From a virus (taxonomy: Duplodnaviria; Caudoviricetes), in the IMG/VR virus record IMGVR_UViG_3300032319_000936, positions 1 through 64,000 of that record: a stretch of 64,000 nt of DNA; one strand, 5' to 3'. The position numbers were made by a program, and so were the translations under genes. Shown one piece after another: positions 19,666 through 29,973 of this stretch; positions within the stretch are counted from its first letter, which is position 1, and the number at the start of each line of letters is the position of its first letter. A model generated the notes under the pieces. That model had not been told where the DNA came from. It was given only the letters and a program-made list of their open reading frames with translations, and made no database searches.

Positions 19666-20238
19666 ATGGAAAACAAAACGGATAGTAAGTTGGTGTGCAT
19701 AATAGGAGCCCCATCCTCGGGTAAAAGCACCTTAGCAACATCAGTGCATCATTCATTAAAGGTTCAGGGTAAGAATTCAATATTTGTTGGAGAGGCTGCT
19801 ACGGATTACATAGCAGAATGGGGAATACCCGACACACCTCTAGACCAGATAGTTATATTCTACCAACAGCTAGGAAGAGAAAAGATGTACCAGAACTCTA
19901 AGGAGTGGATAATCTGTGACTCTAGCACTATTCTAAATTACTTCTACTTTAGATCATTCTTTCAAGGCTCATTAACAAGAAAGGACATTGCTGTAATAAA
20001 TCACGTCCAAAAGGAAATACTCAAAACTCTAGATCAGTGGCACCGAATATATTACGTTCCACCAGTAGAGAATTTTTCCATAAAAGACGGAATAAGATTT
20101 CACAACAAAGAAGAAATAGGAAATCTTGATGCTATAATAAGAAGTTACCTAGTGATGGAAAAAATAGAATTTGTGGATCTCAGCAATATAGACATTGAAG
20201 ATCGCTCATCATTTATAATCAAAGACTTACTCAAATAA
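19666..20238 (+). CDS. NadR-C/AAA_28-like P-loop kinase
   Basis: GAPSSGKST Walker A, ICDSS, DGIR. Confidence 0.7.
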   Translation: MENKTDSKLVCIIGAPSSGKSTLATSVHHSLKVQGKNSIFVGEAATDYIAEWGIPDTPLDQIVIFYQQLGREKMYQNSKEWIICDSSTILNYFYFRSFFQGSLTRKDIAVINHVQKEILKTLDQWHRIYYVPPVENFSIKDGIRFHNKEEIGNLDAIIRSYLVMEKIEFVDLSNIDIEDRSSFIIKDLLK

Positions 20239-20239
20239 A

Positions 20240-20267
20240 AAAAGCCCCTTATTTCTAAGGGGCTTTT
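20240..20267. terminator. bidirectional terminator
   Basis: AAAAGCCCCTTA-TTTC-TAAGGGGCTTTT. Confidence 0.85.
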
Positions 20268-20284
20268 AGTTTATCTTTATATTG

Positions 20285-20596
20285 TTATCCTACATGACCA
20301 GTTGAAGCAGTATTTCCGTATGGATTTCCTGGTGAGAAACCAAATATCGTACCCGATAAAGCTGATCCTGTTTGGTATACTGATATCGGAAGATATACAC
20401 CAGTATTACCTGCTGCTATACTTATCTGATTTCTATTACCGTTAGCGTCAAAAAAATCTAGAGTTGCAGCTCCAGGAGCAACATAAACGCCGCATATTGG
20501 CATTTCTCCGTTTTGAGGACCTGCAGTAGCACCAGTACCACCTGGTCTATAGTTTGTGCTAGCTACTAATCTGTAGCAAATGTTTCCCTGTATCAT
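20285..20596 (-). CDS. small Gly-rich (putative structural) protein
   Basis: GATATATA at 20619..20612 upstream. Confidence 0.7.
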   Translation of the reverse strand: MIQGNICYRLVASTNYRPGGTGATAGPQNGEMPICGVYVAPGAATLDFFDANGNRNQISIAAGNTGVYLPISVYQTGSALSGTIFGFSPGNPYGNTASTGHVG

Positions 20597-20622
20597 TTTA
20601 AAATTTTTATTTATATATCAGT

Positions 20623-21057
20623 TTATTCGACAATCTCTATCTGGTTAATGATAGTGCCTGGTGTTATGTTCTGAATTGCACCTAGATTTTCAGTGATTCT
20701 TCCAAAGCAAGTGTGATTTCTATCCAGATGCTGCGTGTTCTGTCTATTGTGACAGACGAAGAATTGTGATCCGCCTGTGTTTCTACCAGCATGAGCCATT
20801 GATAAAACTCCAGTGTCATGGTATTGGTTACCACCACCTGTTTCGCATGGGATAGTGTATCCAGGTCCGCCTGCTCCGTTATTATTAGGGCATCCGCCCT
20901 GAGCAACAAATCCTGGAATCACTCTATGGAAAGAAAGTCCATTATAAAAACCCTTCTTAGAAAGATCCACAAAATTTTTAACTGTTCCTGGAGCATCTGT
21001 ATCGTAAAGATCGAATGGAAAATCTCCTTTGTCTGTTTTAATAATTCCTTTTGTCAT
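20623..21057 (-). CDS. cyclophilin-type peptidyl-prolyl isomerase
   Basis: [29 protein letters not shown]. Confidence 0.95.
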   Translation of the reverse strand: MTKGIIKTDKGDFPFDLYDTDAPGTVKNFVDLSKKGFYNGLSFHRVIPGFVAQGGCPNNNGAGGPGYTIPCETGGGNQYHDTGVLSMAHAGRNTGGSQFFVCHNRQNTQHLDRNHTCFGRITENLGAIQNITPGTIINQIEIVE

Positions 21058-21074
21058 TTTATTGTTTTTTTAGT

Positions 21075-21434
21075 TTATTTTTCAACTCTAGCTATTAGTT
21101 TATCATATAGAGATTTAATCTCGTCCACACTTAAGTTTGATTTCTTGCCGTTTATATCGATTGTGCAAGAGACGACATTACCCTCAACGTACCCTTTGTT
21201 TGAATCCACTCTATCAAAGCTCATTGAGTACATGCCATCTTGCTCAAATTCTCTACCTGTATAGTAGCAAGTTTTGTAAGACATTAGCTTCCTAACTGTA
21301 TCGAAAGATAAGTTATAGTCTAATTTTCTGTCTACTGCACTCTGGTGGATCTTTATCATTTTTCTAGCCACCTCAAGATCCGATATAGAAGGCTCTATTA
21401 AGCGGGGTGCTTCTTTTTTCTTTCTGACTGCCAT
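21075..21434 (-). CDS. HNH-like nuclease-fold protein
   Basis: CYYTG...SFDRVDSNKGYVEGNVVSC...N..K. Confidence 0.6.
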   Translation of the reverse strand: MAVRKKKEAPRLIEPSISDLEVARKMIKIHQSAVDRKLDYNLSFDTVRKLMSYKTCYYTGREFEQDGMYSMSFDRVDSNKGYVEGNVVSCTIDINGKKSNLSVDEIKSLYDKLIARVEK

Positions 21435-22480
21435 TAGTTCTCAATCATTTTTTTCTCAGTAGCCGTGAGAATTAATGTTGTTAATGTTCCTAGAAGGAGA
21501 TATGGGTTAGCATTTGAAGCTGGCCTTCTGTCCTCTAGATATCCTTTAAATCCTTCCTCTTTTGTAGCTAGTGGGATCCTAATTGATGCACCTCTATCTG
21601 AAACGCCCCAGCTAAATTTATCTATGCTTTGTGTCTCGTGCTTTCCTGTTAATCTCATTTCATTGCCTGAACCGTATGAAGAGATCGATATGTCGTGATA
21701 TGTCTGAAGAGTTTCAAAGATTGAATTAAAAAGATCCTCTCCCCCTTCTTCTCTCATTTCTTCTGTTGAGAAGTTAGTGTGTAGTCCAGACCCGTTCCAG
21801 TCACCTTTTACCGGTTTAGCTGCCCATTCAATTTTATAGTTATACCTTTCAGCTACTCTTTCCAGGATGTATCTTGAGATCCATAGATTATCCGCAGCCT
21901 CTAGAGCATCCTTAGCAAAAAGCTGATATTCCCACTGGCCTAAAGCAACTTCAGCATTAGTCCCGGTGATCTCCAAACCACAGGAGAGGCAGTAGTCAAG
22001 ATGCTCTTCCACAATGCTTCTGCCTGCAACGTTTCCTGCTCCAACACCGCAATAATAATCACCCTGTGGTCTCATTTCAGAGCTATCTTTTTTCCACCCA
22101 AGAATATTACCCTCTAGTTCCCTTATAAAATACTCTTGCTCAAATCCCACCCACATATCGGTCTTAATGATGCTACCTCTATGGTTTGTCTCGTGTGGTG
22201 TACCGTCTGGATTTAAAACCTCGCAAAGAACGAGATATCCTAGATCCCTCAATGGATCTGGACACATTTTAACCGGGTTTAGTACAAGATCTGAAAAATT
22301 TCCGCTAGCTTGTCCGGTTGAGCTTCCATCAAATGTCCACTGTGGAAGGTCACTTAGCTCTGGTAGTCTTAAATGCATTCCATCTAGGCCTATAGAAGGA
22401 GAATAGATTCTTGTTTTAGATCTTAATTGGGGTTCTGGCCTTGTGCCATCCAACCAAATGTACTCTAATTTTATTTTCAT
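21434..22480 (-). CDS. glnA: glutamine synthetase (type II-like)
   Basis: EYIWLDG, FDGSST, GFEQEY, NAEV..GQWEYQ, DWNGSGLHTNFS, RLTGKHET, EDRRP. Confidence 0.95.
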   Translation of the reverse strand: MKIKLEYIWLDGTRPEPQLRSKTRIYSPSIGLDGMHLRLPELSDLPQWTFDGSSTGQASGNFSDLVLNPVKMCPDPLRDLGYLVLCEVLNPDGTPHETNHRGSIIKTDMWVGFEQEYFIRELEGNILGWKKDSSEMRPQGDYYCGVGAGNVAGRSIVEEHLDYCLSCGLEITGTNAEVALGQWEYQLFAKDALEAADNLWISRYILERVAERYNYKIEWAAKPVKGDWNGSGLHTNFSTEEMREEGGEDLFNSIFETLQTYHDISISSYGSGNEMRLTGKHETQSIDKFSWGVSDRGASIRIPLATKEEGFKGYLEDRRPASNANPYLLLGTLTTLILTATEKKMIEN

Positions 22481-22563
22481 ACTTTCTTTAGATTATTTTT
22501 TGTTATTATAGACGTCTCCCCTGTTAAAGTTCTTTTTTTTGTTTTATGGATATATAATTCACT

Positions 22564-22764
22564 ATGAAAAACATTAAAATTTACGAGACCTACATCGCGG
22601 AGAAGAAAGGAATTCACCCCGCTATTTACTCCCACCTTGAAAAGTTCTTTAAAAAGAACGCTAAGGGAACTTTCGCAGAGGCAAAGGAATACTTAAAACC
22701 TAAAATGAAAGACTGGAATCTTTCCAAGGATGACTACACGGAAGCTAAGAGAATATTCTGCTAA
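22564..22764 (+). CDS. small protein with CTS-like leader
   Basis: MKNIKIYETYIAE; GATATATA at 22549. Confidence 0.8.
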   Translation: MKNIKIYETYIAEKKGIHPAIYSHLEKFFKKNAKGTFAEAKEYLKPKMKDWNLSKDDYTEAKRIFC

Positions 22765-22765
22765 T

Positions 22766-23350
22766 ATGAGACACATAAAGATATACGAAGACTTTGATCT
22801 TGATAGATTTCTGGAGGATCCTTATAGTGAGATTCACGGTGACGATGACGTGATCGATATTGGATCTTATGTTGATTCATATAGAGGACCTGGTCAGGTA
22901 ATAGATCTAGACGGCAATTTCTGGGTGATTCAGCCTATAGGTTCATCATCTGATAGATCATTCAGAATACCTAAAGAAAGCGCAGAAAAAATGAAGTTAG
23001 AAGACGTTCAAAAGTTAGTCTCTGCTTCTAGCTCAGCTTCCAACACAAAAGCAGAAATCGATAAGATAAACTCTGATGTTGAGGACTTCATGGAGGGATC
23101 AATTAGTGACGAGGATGGGGAATGGAAGTATAGAGGTAATATCAATACCGCTATAGAATTTATAGAAGAGATTGTTGTAGATTTATATTCTCTTAACAAA
23201 AGAGACTCTAATATGAAATTCACGGACTCTTTCGCTAAGCTAATTTCTAATCTAGCTATACTATTTGATAATATAGTGGAAGCTTCCGAGGATAAAGCGG
23301 AAATGGAGGACACTATAAAAAGACTTATTGGTGAGATACAATCTTTTTAA
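22766..23350 (+). CDS. acidic hypothetical protein with CTS-like leader
   Basis: Start moved to MRHIKIYEDF. Confidence 0.8.
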   Translation: MRHIKIYEDFDLDRFLEDPYSEIHGDDDVIDIGSYVDSYRGPGQVIDLDGNFWVIQPIGSSSDRSFRIPKESAEKMKLEDVQKLVSASSSASNTKAEIDKINSDVEDFMEGSISDEDGEWKYRGNINTAIEFIEEIVVDLYSLNKRDSNMKFTDSFAKLISNLAILFDNIVEASEDKAEMEDTIKRLIGEIQSF

Positions 23351-23370
23351 CACTAATCATATTAAATAAA

Positions 23371-23393
23371 AAAAGGAGCTTTTAGCTCCTTTT
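23371..23393. terminator. bidirectional terminator
   Basis: AAAAGGAGCT-TTT-AGCTCCTTTT. Confidence 0.85.
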
Positions 23394-23411
23394 CTTTTGT
23401 GTGTTCGTTTC

Positions 23412-24944
23412 CTATTTGATTCTAGCCTTTATAGCTTTAAGAAACTCGTCCTTTCTATCGATTACCTCTTTTAAAACCTCTGCGTCTTCTTTCTTTATAC
23501 CAACACCTTTCTTCTTAAACATCTGGTAGATGAGCTCTATATCATCATATCCCTCATTGGATGCTCTATAGATCTTCTCCATGTCATCTTTTGCGTATGC
23601 GTTTCCGATAATCTCATCGAATACGTTCCACATAGATTCTGTGAATATCCCATTGTCTTTAAAGAATTCGAGGAAATCGGATGGCTTCAGCCCCATTTCA
23701 TCAAAGATCAATCTAGATACATCTGCAGATATCTCTTCCCATTCCTCTGGAGTCATTATACCCTTTGCAATGTTTTGGTTCATTGACACTAGTGATGTAA
23801 CGATCTTTCTAGGATTTAGAGAGTTTGCAGAATCGTCTGAGAACTTGTGGAAATTCTCCATTGCCAATCTTAGCTTAACCTCTTTTGGAAAATCTTCCTT
23901 TACCGTGTTAATAAATTTAGCTGGATATCCCAGTTTTTCAAACACTGTCCAAAAATAAGATCCCTTTGCATCCGGTATTGCGCTATTGAACTTGTCTGCA
24001 CTATCTGTCACCTTACCGTCTGTTGAGATAGTCATACCAATTAAGCTATACTTATCTGTGACTGGCTTTGTGAAATTGAAGGTGTTAAGCTGGATTTTTC
24101 CACCTCCATAGGTCCAGAATGTGGAAGTTGCTCTGCCAATACACCATTTATCTCCAAATAGCTTAGCTTGTGCTTTACCCGTTCTGGTTGAAATCGATAG
24201 ATAATCTTTATCCCTATAAAGAACCTTAACCGAACTGCCAAGTTCATTTATTTCTTCGGAGTATATTGGAGCTTCGTCCATATCCTCTTGTGCATTGGTT
24301 AGCTTATCGTAGTTTTCTAGAAACTGGTTGGATGAATCTATAAAATCCTGTACAGTTTTGTAAATTCTGAGGTTGTATTTTTGAGTCTCTGGATTATATC
24401 CTAGCATTTGCTTGAAACAATCCTCGCCTCTCTCTTTAGCTCTATTGGATATGTCCATTAAAGCATTTACCTGGTCTTTCGTGGCTTTCTTGTAATCGTC
24501 TTTTAGTTCCGAAGCAAATTCATTAGTGAGATCCTTTAAAGCTCTCTTTTGCTCTACTATATTTAGATCATCCTCCAATCTCTCCCATCCAGGTCTTGAA
24601 TCATCTGGTGTCTTCTCTATCTTAGAGTATTGATCTACTGTCATCGGAAGCTCGTTAAGATTCTGTTTGAATCTCAAAAGTTTCTCGTGGATAGATTTAA
24701 CCATATCCATAGTAGCTCCTTCTTCGAAGAAAAACTTTGTTAATAGGTATGTGTATCCTGGAGTCTTAGCATTTAGGTCTCTAATCTCAATCCAATCTGG
24801 ATTTCTGAGAATGTCCTTTTTAATATCTTCGTCTAAGTCCTTTACTTCTTTTCTGTATTTCTTAGCGTATTCCTTATAGAGGAAATCTTTTGCCTGTTGA
24901 ACGTTCTCAAATAGAGAGTTGTAGGTTATCTTTTTAGTGTACAT
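23412..24944 (-). CDS. hypothetical protein
   Basis: 510 aa ORF; leader ending LFE; shares palindromic GATATATATC at 24968. Confidence 0.85.
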   Translation of the reverse strand: MYTKKITYNSLFENVQQAKDFLYKEYAKKYRKEVKDLDEDIKKDILRNPDWIEIRDLNAKTPGYTYLLTKFFFEEGATMDMVKSIHEKLLRFKQNLNELPMTVDQYSKIEKTPDDSRPGWERLEDDLNIVEQKRALKDLTNEFASELKDDYKKATKDQVNALMDISNRAKERGEDCFKQMLGYNPETQKYNLRIYKTVQDFIDSSNQFLENYDKLTNAQEDMDEAPIYSEEINELGSSVKVLYRDKDYLSISTRTGKAQAKLFGDKWCIGRATSTFWTYGGGKIQLNTFNFTKPVTDKYSLIGMTISTDGKVTDSADKFNSAIPDAKGSYFWTVFEKLGYPAKFINTVKEDFPKEVKLRLAMENFHKFSDDSANSLNPRKIVTSLVSMNQNIAKGIMTPEEWEEISADVSRLIFDEMGLKPSDFLEFFKDNGIFTESMWNVFDEIIGNAYAKDDMEKIYRASNEGYDDIELIYQMFKKKGVGIKKEDAEVLKEVIDRKDEFLKAIKARIK

Positions 24945-24967
24945 TTAAAATATAGATTATTTGTCTG

Positions 24968-24977
24968 GATATATATC
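24968..24977. promoter_or_regulatory. palindromic GATATATATC, bidirectional late-type promoter
   Basis: One site gives GATATATA on both strands between divergent genes. Confidence 0.65.
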
Positions 24978-24996
24978 AAACAAATAAATAACAAAA

Positions 24997-25260
24997 ATGA
25001 ATAAGGTTACAACAAAAATCGACGAGTTTGTGCAGATGTCGGAGCCAAAGCCCACAACGGCACCTCCAAAAACTACACCATCGCCGAGCACAACGCCTTC
25101 TAGACCAAGTCCAATTAGAAGGGATAAACCAGCAGTAGAACCTAAACCGCAGGCTAAGGTAGAGGACACAGTTAATAGATTCATGGAAGAACTTAAAAAA
25201 GTTAGCAAACCATTCAATCTTGATCTTAAAAAACTAAAACAAGTATATGGCAACTATTAA
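24997..25260 (+). CDS. Pro/Thr-rich small protein
   Basis: ORF after promoter. Confidence 0.75.
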   Translation: MNKVTTKIDEFVQMSEPKPTTAPPKTTPSPSTTPSRPSPIRRDKPAVEPKPQAKVEDTVNRFMEELKKVSKPFNLDLKKLKQVYGNY

Positions 25261-26677
25261 AAATTTCGAAGAGTATTTAAACGAAGCTTCCTTAAGAGGA
25301 AATGCTGGAATCCCTGGTGAATCTGAGGATGGAGGTGGAAAATACCTATCTGACGTTGAGAGAAGAGCTAAAGAGAGATTAGATCAACTTAAAAGAACAC
25401 ATGGCGCAGAAATCGGTAGATTCATGGGAATGGTTGGTGAATCTAGAAGACTTCAGGAACCCTATAAAAAAGAACTAGAACAAATAGCAAAAGATGCTAT
25501 TTTGAATTTGTATTCTGAAATATTGGATGGTGTTAACCTTGATATCAAATTTGCCAAGAAAGGTGAGATTCAGGACACGATGGAAAAAACACCAGAGGAG
25601 CCACAATTCCCAGAATTAGAAGAACTGAAGGATAAAGGTATTATCAGTGCTATCCAAATGAGAAAGATTGGTAATAACATCGGACAGGGAGAAGCTAAAT
25701 CGGTTAAAAAAGCATTGAATCTTCCTGAGACAAGAGATGCTATATTAGGTCTAATGGGCCAGACAGACGGAAAGAAATACATCGAGCTTTTAAATAAGAT
25801 AACAGAAATAGCGGATTTTTTCGATTGGTCAATACCAATGGAGGTTCAAAAAGAAATGTGGAAAGCCAATAAAGATGGGTTTTCGGGATCTGCTGAGGTT
25901 TCATGGGACGAGAAGAAAGAAAATCCAGATAAGGAAGAAGAACTAGAGGATTTCCTAAAGAATCTAGAAAAAGGAAACATTGAGGATGAGGAGGATAATC
26001 TATCAGATCTTATGGGAGTTAGCGTTATAGCAAGAGGTCATGATTTTGCTATGCTTTTACACGAAGCAATTAAAGGAATATGGCAGTTGATTCTGGCTAA
26101 TAACATTCCTTCAGATGAAGAGACAGCTGGAATAGTAGTTATGAACACAGATACACTAGCAGATGAACTAGAGGATCTTAGATATGGTCCTTATATAGCT
26201 GCAGACTTAAGGGAGTTTATCAACTCTTTCAAGGAGTCCAGGGAGATGGAGAATCTTAAAGAAAGAGTAGCAGGTGAGCTTATGGTTATGGAACCTGCTA
26301 AATTCTTAGAACTTTTTAGAAACATATTAAATGGTTTCGTGCTAGGCGATGCAAAGGCACTAGATATAGCTAAGAGAGAAACACAGAAGATCATAGATTC
26401 CATAAAGGAAGAGCTTAGCAAATATGATCTTGCTCAAGCGGGAATAGAGACATACGCAGAGGAGCCTGTAGAAGTTGAAATGGCCGATGATGTAAAAGAC
26501 GATAATTATTACACTAGCCTCTCGAAAAGAGAAATCGAGAAGGAAATAGATGCAGCTTTAGATGCTGGTGATTTCGAGAAGGTTAAGATGTTATCTAAAT
26601 TTATCAATGAATCATTAAAGGTCAAGATAGCTAAAAAATTATATCCAGATCAAGGATATCCAATTTTCGATCTATAA
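25247..26677 (+). CDS. hypothetical protein with CTS-like leader
   Basis: MATIKNFEEYLNE; 476 aa. Confidence 0.85.
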   Translation: MATIKNFEEYLNEASLRGNAGIPGESEDGGGKYLSDVERRAKERLDQLKRTHGAEIGRFMGMVGESRRLQEPYKKELEQIAKDAILNLYSEILDGVNLDIKFAKKGEIQDTMEKTPEEPQFPELEELKDKGIISAIQMRKIGNNIGQGEAKSVKKALNLPETRDAILGLMGQTDGKKYIELLNKITEIADFFDWSIPMEVQKEMWKANKDGFSGSAEVSWDEKKENPDKEEELEDFLKNLEKGNIEDEEDNLSDLMGVSVIARGHDFAMLLHEAIKGIWQLILANNIPSDEETAGIVVMNTDTLADELEDLRYGPYIAADLREFINSFKESREMENLKERVAGELMVMEPAKFLELFRNILNGFVLGDAKALDIAKRETQKIIDSIKEELSKYDLAQAGIETYAEEPVEVEMADDVKDDNYYTSLSKREIEKEIDAALDAGDFEKVKMLSKFINESLKVKIAKKLYPDQGYPIFDL

Positions 26678-26700
26678 TAAGTTACAGGTCGGATAATAAA

Positions 26701-26724
26701 AAAGGAGTCTATTTAGACTCCTTT
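26701..26724. terminator. bidirectional terminator
   Basis: AAAGGAGTCT-ATTT-AGACTCCTTT. Confidence 0.8.
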
Positions 26725-26730
26725 ATTTTT

Positions 26731-27099
26731 TTAAAAATCTCCCAATCGTTTTATGGAAGATTCTGTTAATTTCTGGTTGACGCCTAGAGCAGATCTTGCC
26801 CATGACGTGTAAGACATACCTGGTAAGTCATCAGTCTTTTTAAAATCCCCTTCATCTTCTTCGCCATCCTCTGTTAATTGCTCAGTCGGAGTTCCGTATT
26901 CTTTATTGAATGTTGTAATTAGTGTATCCTCGTCGTAATCTGGAAAATTAGACATTAGAAGATCGTAGATCTGTTCCCATAGTTCCTCAGAAGCCATGCT
27001 ATCTATATCTCCTTTGTTGGCATAGATAAATTCCTTCACATCATTTTTTACCTGTGAATCCCTGTATCTTGCGTCCTCGTATAGCCTTTTAATTTTCAT
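26731..27099 (-). CDS. hypothetical protein
   Basis: GATATATA at 27125..27118; MKIKRLYE. Confidence 0.75.
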   Translation of the reverse strand: MKIKRLYEDARYRDSQVKNDVKEFIYANKGDIDSMASEELWEQIYDLLMSNFPDYDEDTLITTFNKEYGTPTEQLTEDGEEDEGDFKKTDDLPGMSYTSWARSALGVNQKLTESSIKRLGDF

Positions 27100-27184
27100 T
27101 TTATACTTATTTTATCTTATATATCAGAATTACGGGAAGGACTTGCTATACCGTTCAAATGATGCTCTACATATATACTATACT

Positions 27185-27364
27185 ATGAACAGTGAATACA
27201 TCAAGGCAATTGCAGACAAGTTGGATAAATTGAAAGCTGCTAGTGGGGAAGTCAATTTACCGAAGGAACATTTAGGGAATTCATTTGATCCTTTTATGGA
27301 CCAAGGAAATGCAGCAATTGCTTATCTTAAGAAGATAGGAAAGTGGCCTATTAATGGGGGTTAA
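27185..27364 (+). CDS. small hypothetical protein
   Basis: ATG start MNSEYIKAIA. Confidence 0.5.
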   Translation: MNSEYIKAIADKLDKLKAASGEVNLPKEHLGNSFDPFMDQGNAAIAYLKKIGKWPINGG

Positions 27365-27588
27365 CCCTCATATGGATTCCAAACTAGACTATCAGCAGTG
27401 GATTCCCTAGCCAATGCTATGCATTCGCCATTTTCTTTTGCAATAGCTACCAAGCCACATCCCTCACAGATAGAATCAATCTCTAGCATGTAACCCTCGT
27501 TAAGGGATTCAAAAATTTTTTCTATGTCAATATCAGGTTTTCCAGGAAATCCTTTCTCGTGATGACACTTAGTACAAAAATCTGCCAT
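27361..27588 (-). CDS. putative Zn-binding small protein
   Basis: CxxC ... CEGCG. Confidence 0.65.
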   Translation of the reverse strand: MADFCTKCHHEKGFPGKPDIDIEKIFESLNEGYMLEIDSICEGCGLVAIAKENGECIALARESTADSLVWNPYEG

Positions 27589-27656
27589 AATATTTTAGAA
27601 CTTTTTAGTTTATATGAGTAAAATTATTTCAAATCACCGTAGGATATATAAGGAAT

Positions 27657-29450
27657 ATGGAAAAACATTTGTTAAATTTTAGTAGATTCTTCAAGATCTC
27701 GTCAGAAAAAAGAGTAAACGAGGGAAGAATAGAGGGATTTCATTCCTTTAAATCGTTAAACGAAGCATCCTCTAATAGACCTAAGGCGGCAGTAGTAGGA
27801 GATAATCTAGCTTCTTTTTTCAATACCATAATAGCTAGAATATTCAGTGGGGGATCAAGGGCCGGAAGTATAGACGGAGACAAGATAAAACCAGGAATAT
27901 GGTCTTCTGGTAATATCTCTACTCCAGATTATCTGAAAATGATAGAGCAGTATAAAGAGCAGCATCCGGATGTGCCATATGTTTTTCTTTCCCTTGGTTT
28001 GGGCGACAAGTATCAATATTCAGAGGAGATGCTACAAGATGCTAGGGATATTAAGACAGAGTTAAAGAGAATATTCCCTAATGCTTCTAAATTTTTCATA
28101 ATTCCCGGAAGCGGTTGGGGTTATAACACAGAGGATAAAGCAGAAATGCCTACGTGGATGTGGGAGAGTGGAAATATAGAAAATGGTGCTACAGTTCAAG
28201 AACCATCGGAGATAAATGAATATTATAAGGAAGTATGGGACAAGTTAGGATTTGATAGATTGCCGGTTAGAATAGGTATTAAAAAAGGAAAGGATAAGTT
28301 TGCGGAGCCTCTTAGCAAAAGCACACCAGATATGGAAAAGCTAACTGAGTTTATAGATGGTGTAATTAAAGGCGAAATTCCTGTTCAAATAGAAGACATA
28401 GAAAATGGAGAAACCGTACAGGGTCTGGATACAGATTCTAGCACGAGAGAATTCTATGATGTCATACAGAATGCTATCAACAATAACGAGTCCAAAACCA
28501 AACAGAGACCATCAAATTACACATACGATCCTGTAGTGGAAAGAGTTCAGATAGGACTTAAGTTCCTAGGATTTGACCTACCTATACACGGCGCAGATGG
28601 ACTATATGGTCCTGAGACTGAGAGATCAGTATCTGATTTCAAACGAAAATACAACGTAACTGGGGAAGGATCTGTAATGGATCTAGCTTTCCTTTCCTCT
28701 TTAATCGCTAGATTAAGAGAGAATGGATTTAGTGGGAAAGACCTTAGTAAAGTAGTACAGAGAAGTCAAGATATGGCAGGATCTGATATCGTTATAGGGG
28801 ACACTAGATTGGGAGACGGTGAGACCTCTTGGGTTTATTGGTTATCACACAATCAAGGATCTGCTGGAGCTGCAGAGCTTTTAAAAGTTGCTTTGGGAGC
28901 TAAACCAGAATTTTCATCTAATGGAAAAAAATGGTTCATGAGTGGATGGGCAGGCAAAAGTAACCACATAAAGGGAAACGTTGGAGATAGAGGATGGGAT
29001 GGTGAATATAAGACTAGAATAAAAGCAGCTTATGACCAAGGTAACGATCAGCTAGTTGCTAAATTATTTACAGAGTATCAGAAGAAGAAATTCGACCAAA
29101 TGCTAGAAAGGGGTAGAAGAGATTTACCAAAGCATCCTGAAATAAAAGCAATACTCCAAAAATATGCAAACGTTTTCCCTCTTGATTTCTTAGCAGCAGT
29201 AGCGTCTCAGGAATCCGGGTTCAATCCTAGATCAGGAAATAATAAATACAAAGGTCTTTTCGCTCTAGATCCAAACTCTGGATACGGCAAGAAATATGGA
29301 TTGACCGCAGCAAATGTTCATGATCCTGAAAAGAATGCTGAAGTAGCTGTTAAATTCTGGAATGATAATAGAAAGGAATTCAATTCTTTAATGTCATCTA
29401 ACGAGCTAGCAGCTCTTGGCTTGGACAAATCCTCTGGTAATATGGCTTAA
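27657..29450 (+). CDS. multidomain lytic transglycosylase (PG-binding + SLT)
   Basis: VQ..L..LG...GADGLYGPET PG-binding motif; AAVASQESGFNP...GLF SLT motif; GATATATA at 27643. Confidence 0.8.
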   Translation: MEKHLLNFSRFFKISSEKRVNEGRIEGFHSFKSLNEASSNRPKAAVVGDNLASFFNTIIARIFSGGSRAGSIDGDKIKPGIWSSGNISTPDYLKMIEQYKEQHPDVPYVFLSLGLGDKYQYSEEMLQDARDIKTELKRIFPNASKFFIIPGSGWGYNTEDKAEMPTWMWESGNIENGATVQEPSEINEYYKEVWDKLGFDRLPVRIGIKKGKDKFAEPLSKSTPDMEKLTEFIDGVIKGEIPVQIEDIENGETVQGLDTDSSTREFYDVIQNAINNNESKTKQRPSNYTYDPVVERVQIGLKFLGFDLPIHGADGLYGPETERSVSDFKRKYNVTGEGSVMDLAFLSSLIARLRENGFSGKDLSKVVQRSQDMAGSDIVIGDTRLGDGETSWVYWLSHNQGSAGAAELLKVALGAKPEFSSNGKKWFMSGWAGKSNHIKGNVGDRGWDGEYKTRIKAAYDQGNDQLVAKLFTEYQKKKFDQMLERGRRDLPKHPEIKAILQKYANVFPLDFLAAVASQESGFNPRSGNNKYKGLFALDPNSGYGKKYGLTAANVHDPEKNAEVAVKFWNDNRKEFNSLMSSNELAALGLDKSSGNMA

Positions 29451-29475
29451 TCTTATTATTTTTGAGCAATAAAAA

Positions 29476-29496
29476 AAGGGATCTATATGATCCCTT
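29476..29496. terminator. terminator hairpin
   Basis: AAGGGATC-TATAT-GATCCCTT. Confidence 0.7.
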
Positions 29497-29514
29497 AATT
29501 TTTGTAGTGATTTT

Positions 29515-29973
29515 TCAATCTCCGTATTTGTCTCTTACTCGGACTCTGATATGTCTATACCATAGTCTTTCATGTAGAAAATAGATAATTGGTTTAAGTA
29601 TAAGTTCACCTATACCCAATAGTGAAGATAGTTGAATTGATGCACCTAGTGAATAAGCTACTGCTACCGTAGTTATAGTTCCAAGTATTCTATAGGAGAT
29701 TGTTTTTAGGATGTGTCTAGTTAAAACTGATTCCTCTTTAACTGTTGTCACATAGGCAATGTTATTCCTGATGCTACAGAATCCCTCACAGCTTATGTGC
29801 CATTTATAATCGTTTATCTCTTCTAGCCAATCTTTTGTTGTGTAGACGTGACCGTTTACCACGATATCCGAAACTAGTGTTTCTTTACCGTCTTCGATGA
29901 GTCTCCATCTGTCATCTTCAGAAGTGGAAACCGTGTTAAATCTAATCTGAAATTTCTTAGATTTCTCTTTCAT
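29515..29973 (-). CDS. DUF2061 membrane protein with extra N-terminal domain
   Basis: RHILKTISYRILGT...IYFLHERLW. Confidence 0.75.
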   Translation of the reverse strand: MKEKSKKFQIRFNTVSTSEDDRWRLIEDGKETLVSDIVVNGHVYTTKDWLEEINDYKWHISCEGFCSIRNNIAYVTTVKEESVLTRHILKTISYRILGTITTVAVAYSLGASIQLSSLLGIGELILKPIIYFLHERLWYRHIRVRVRDKYGD

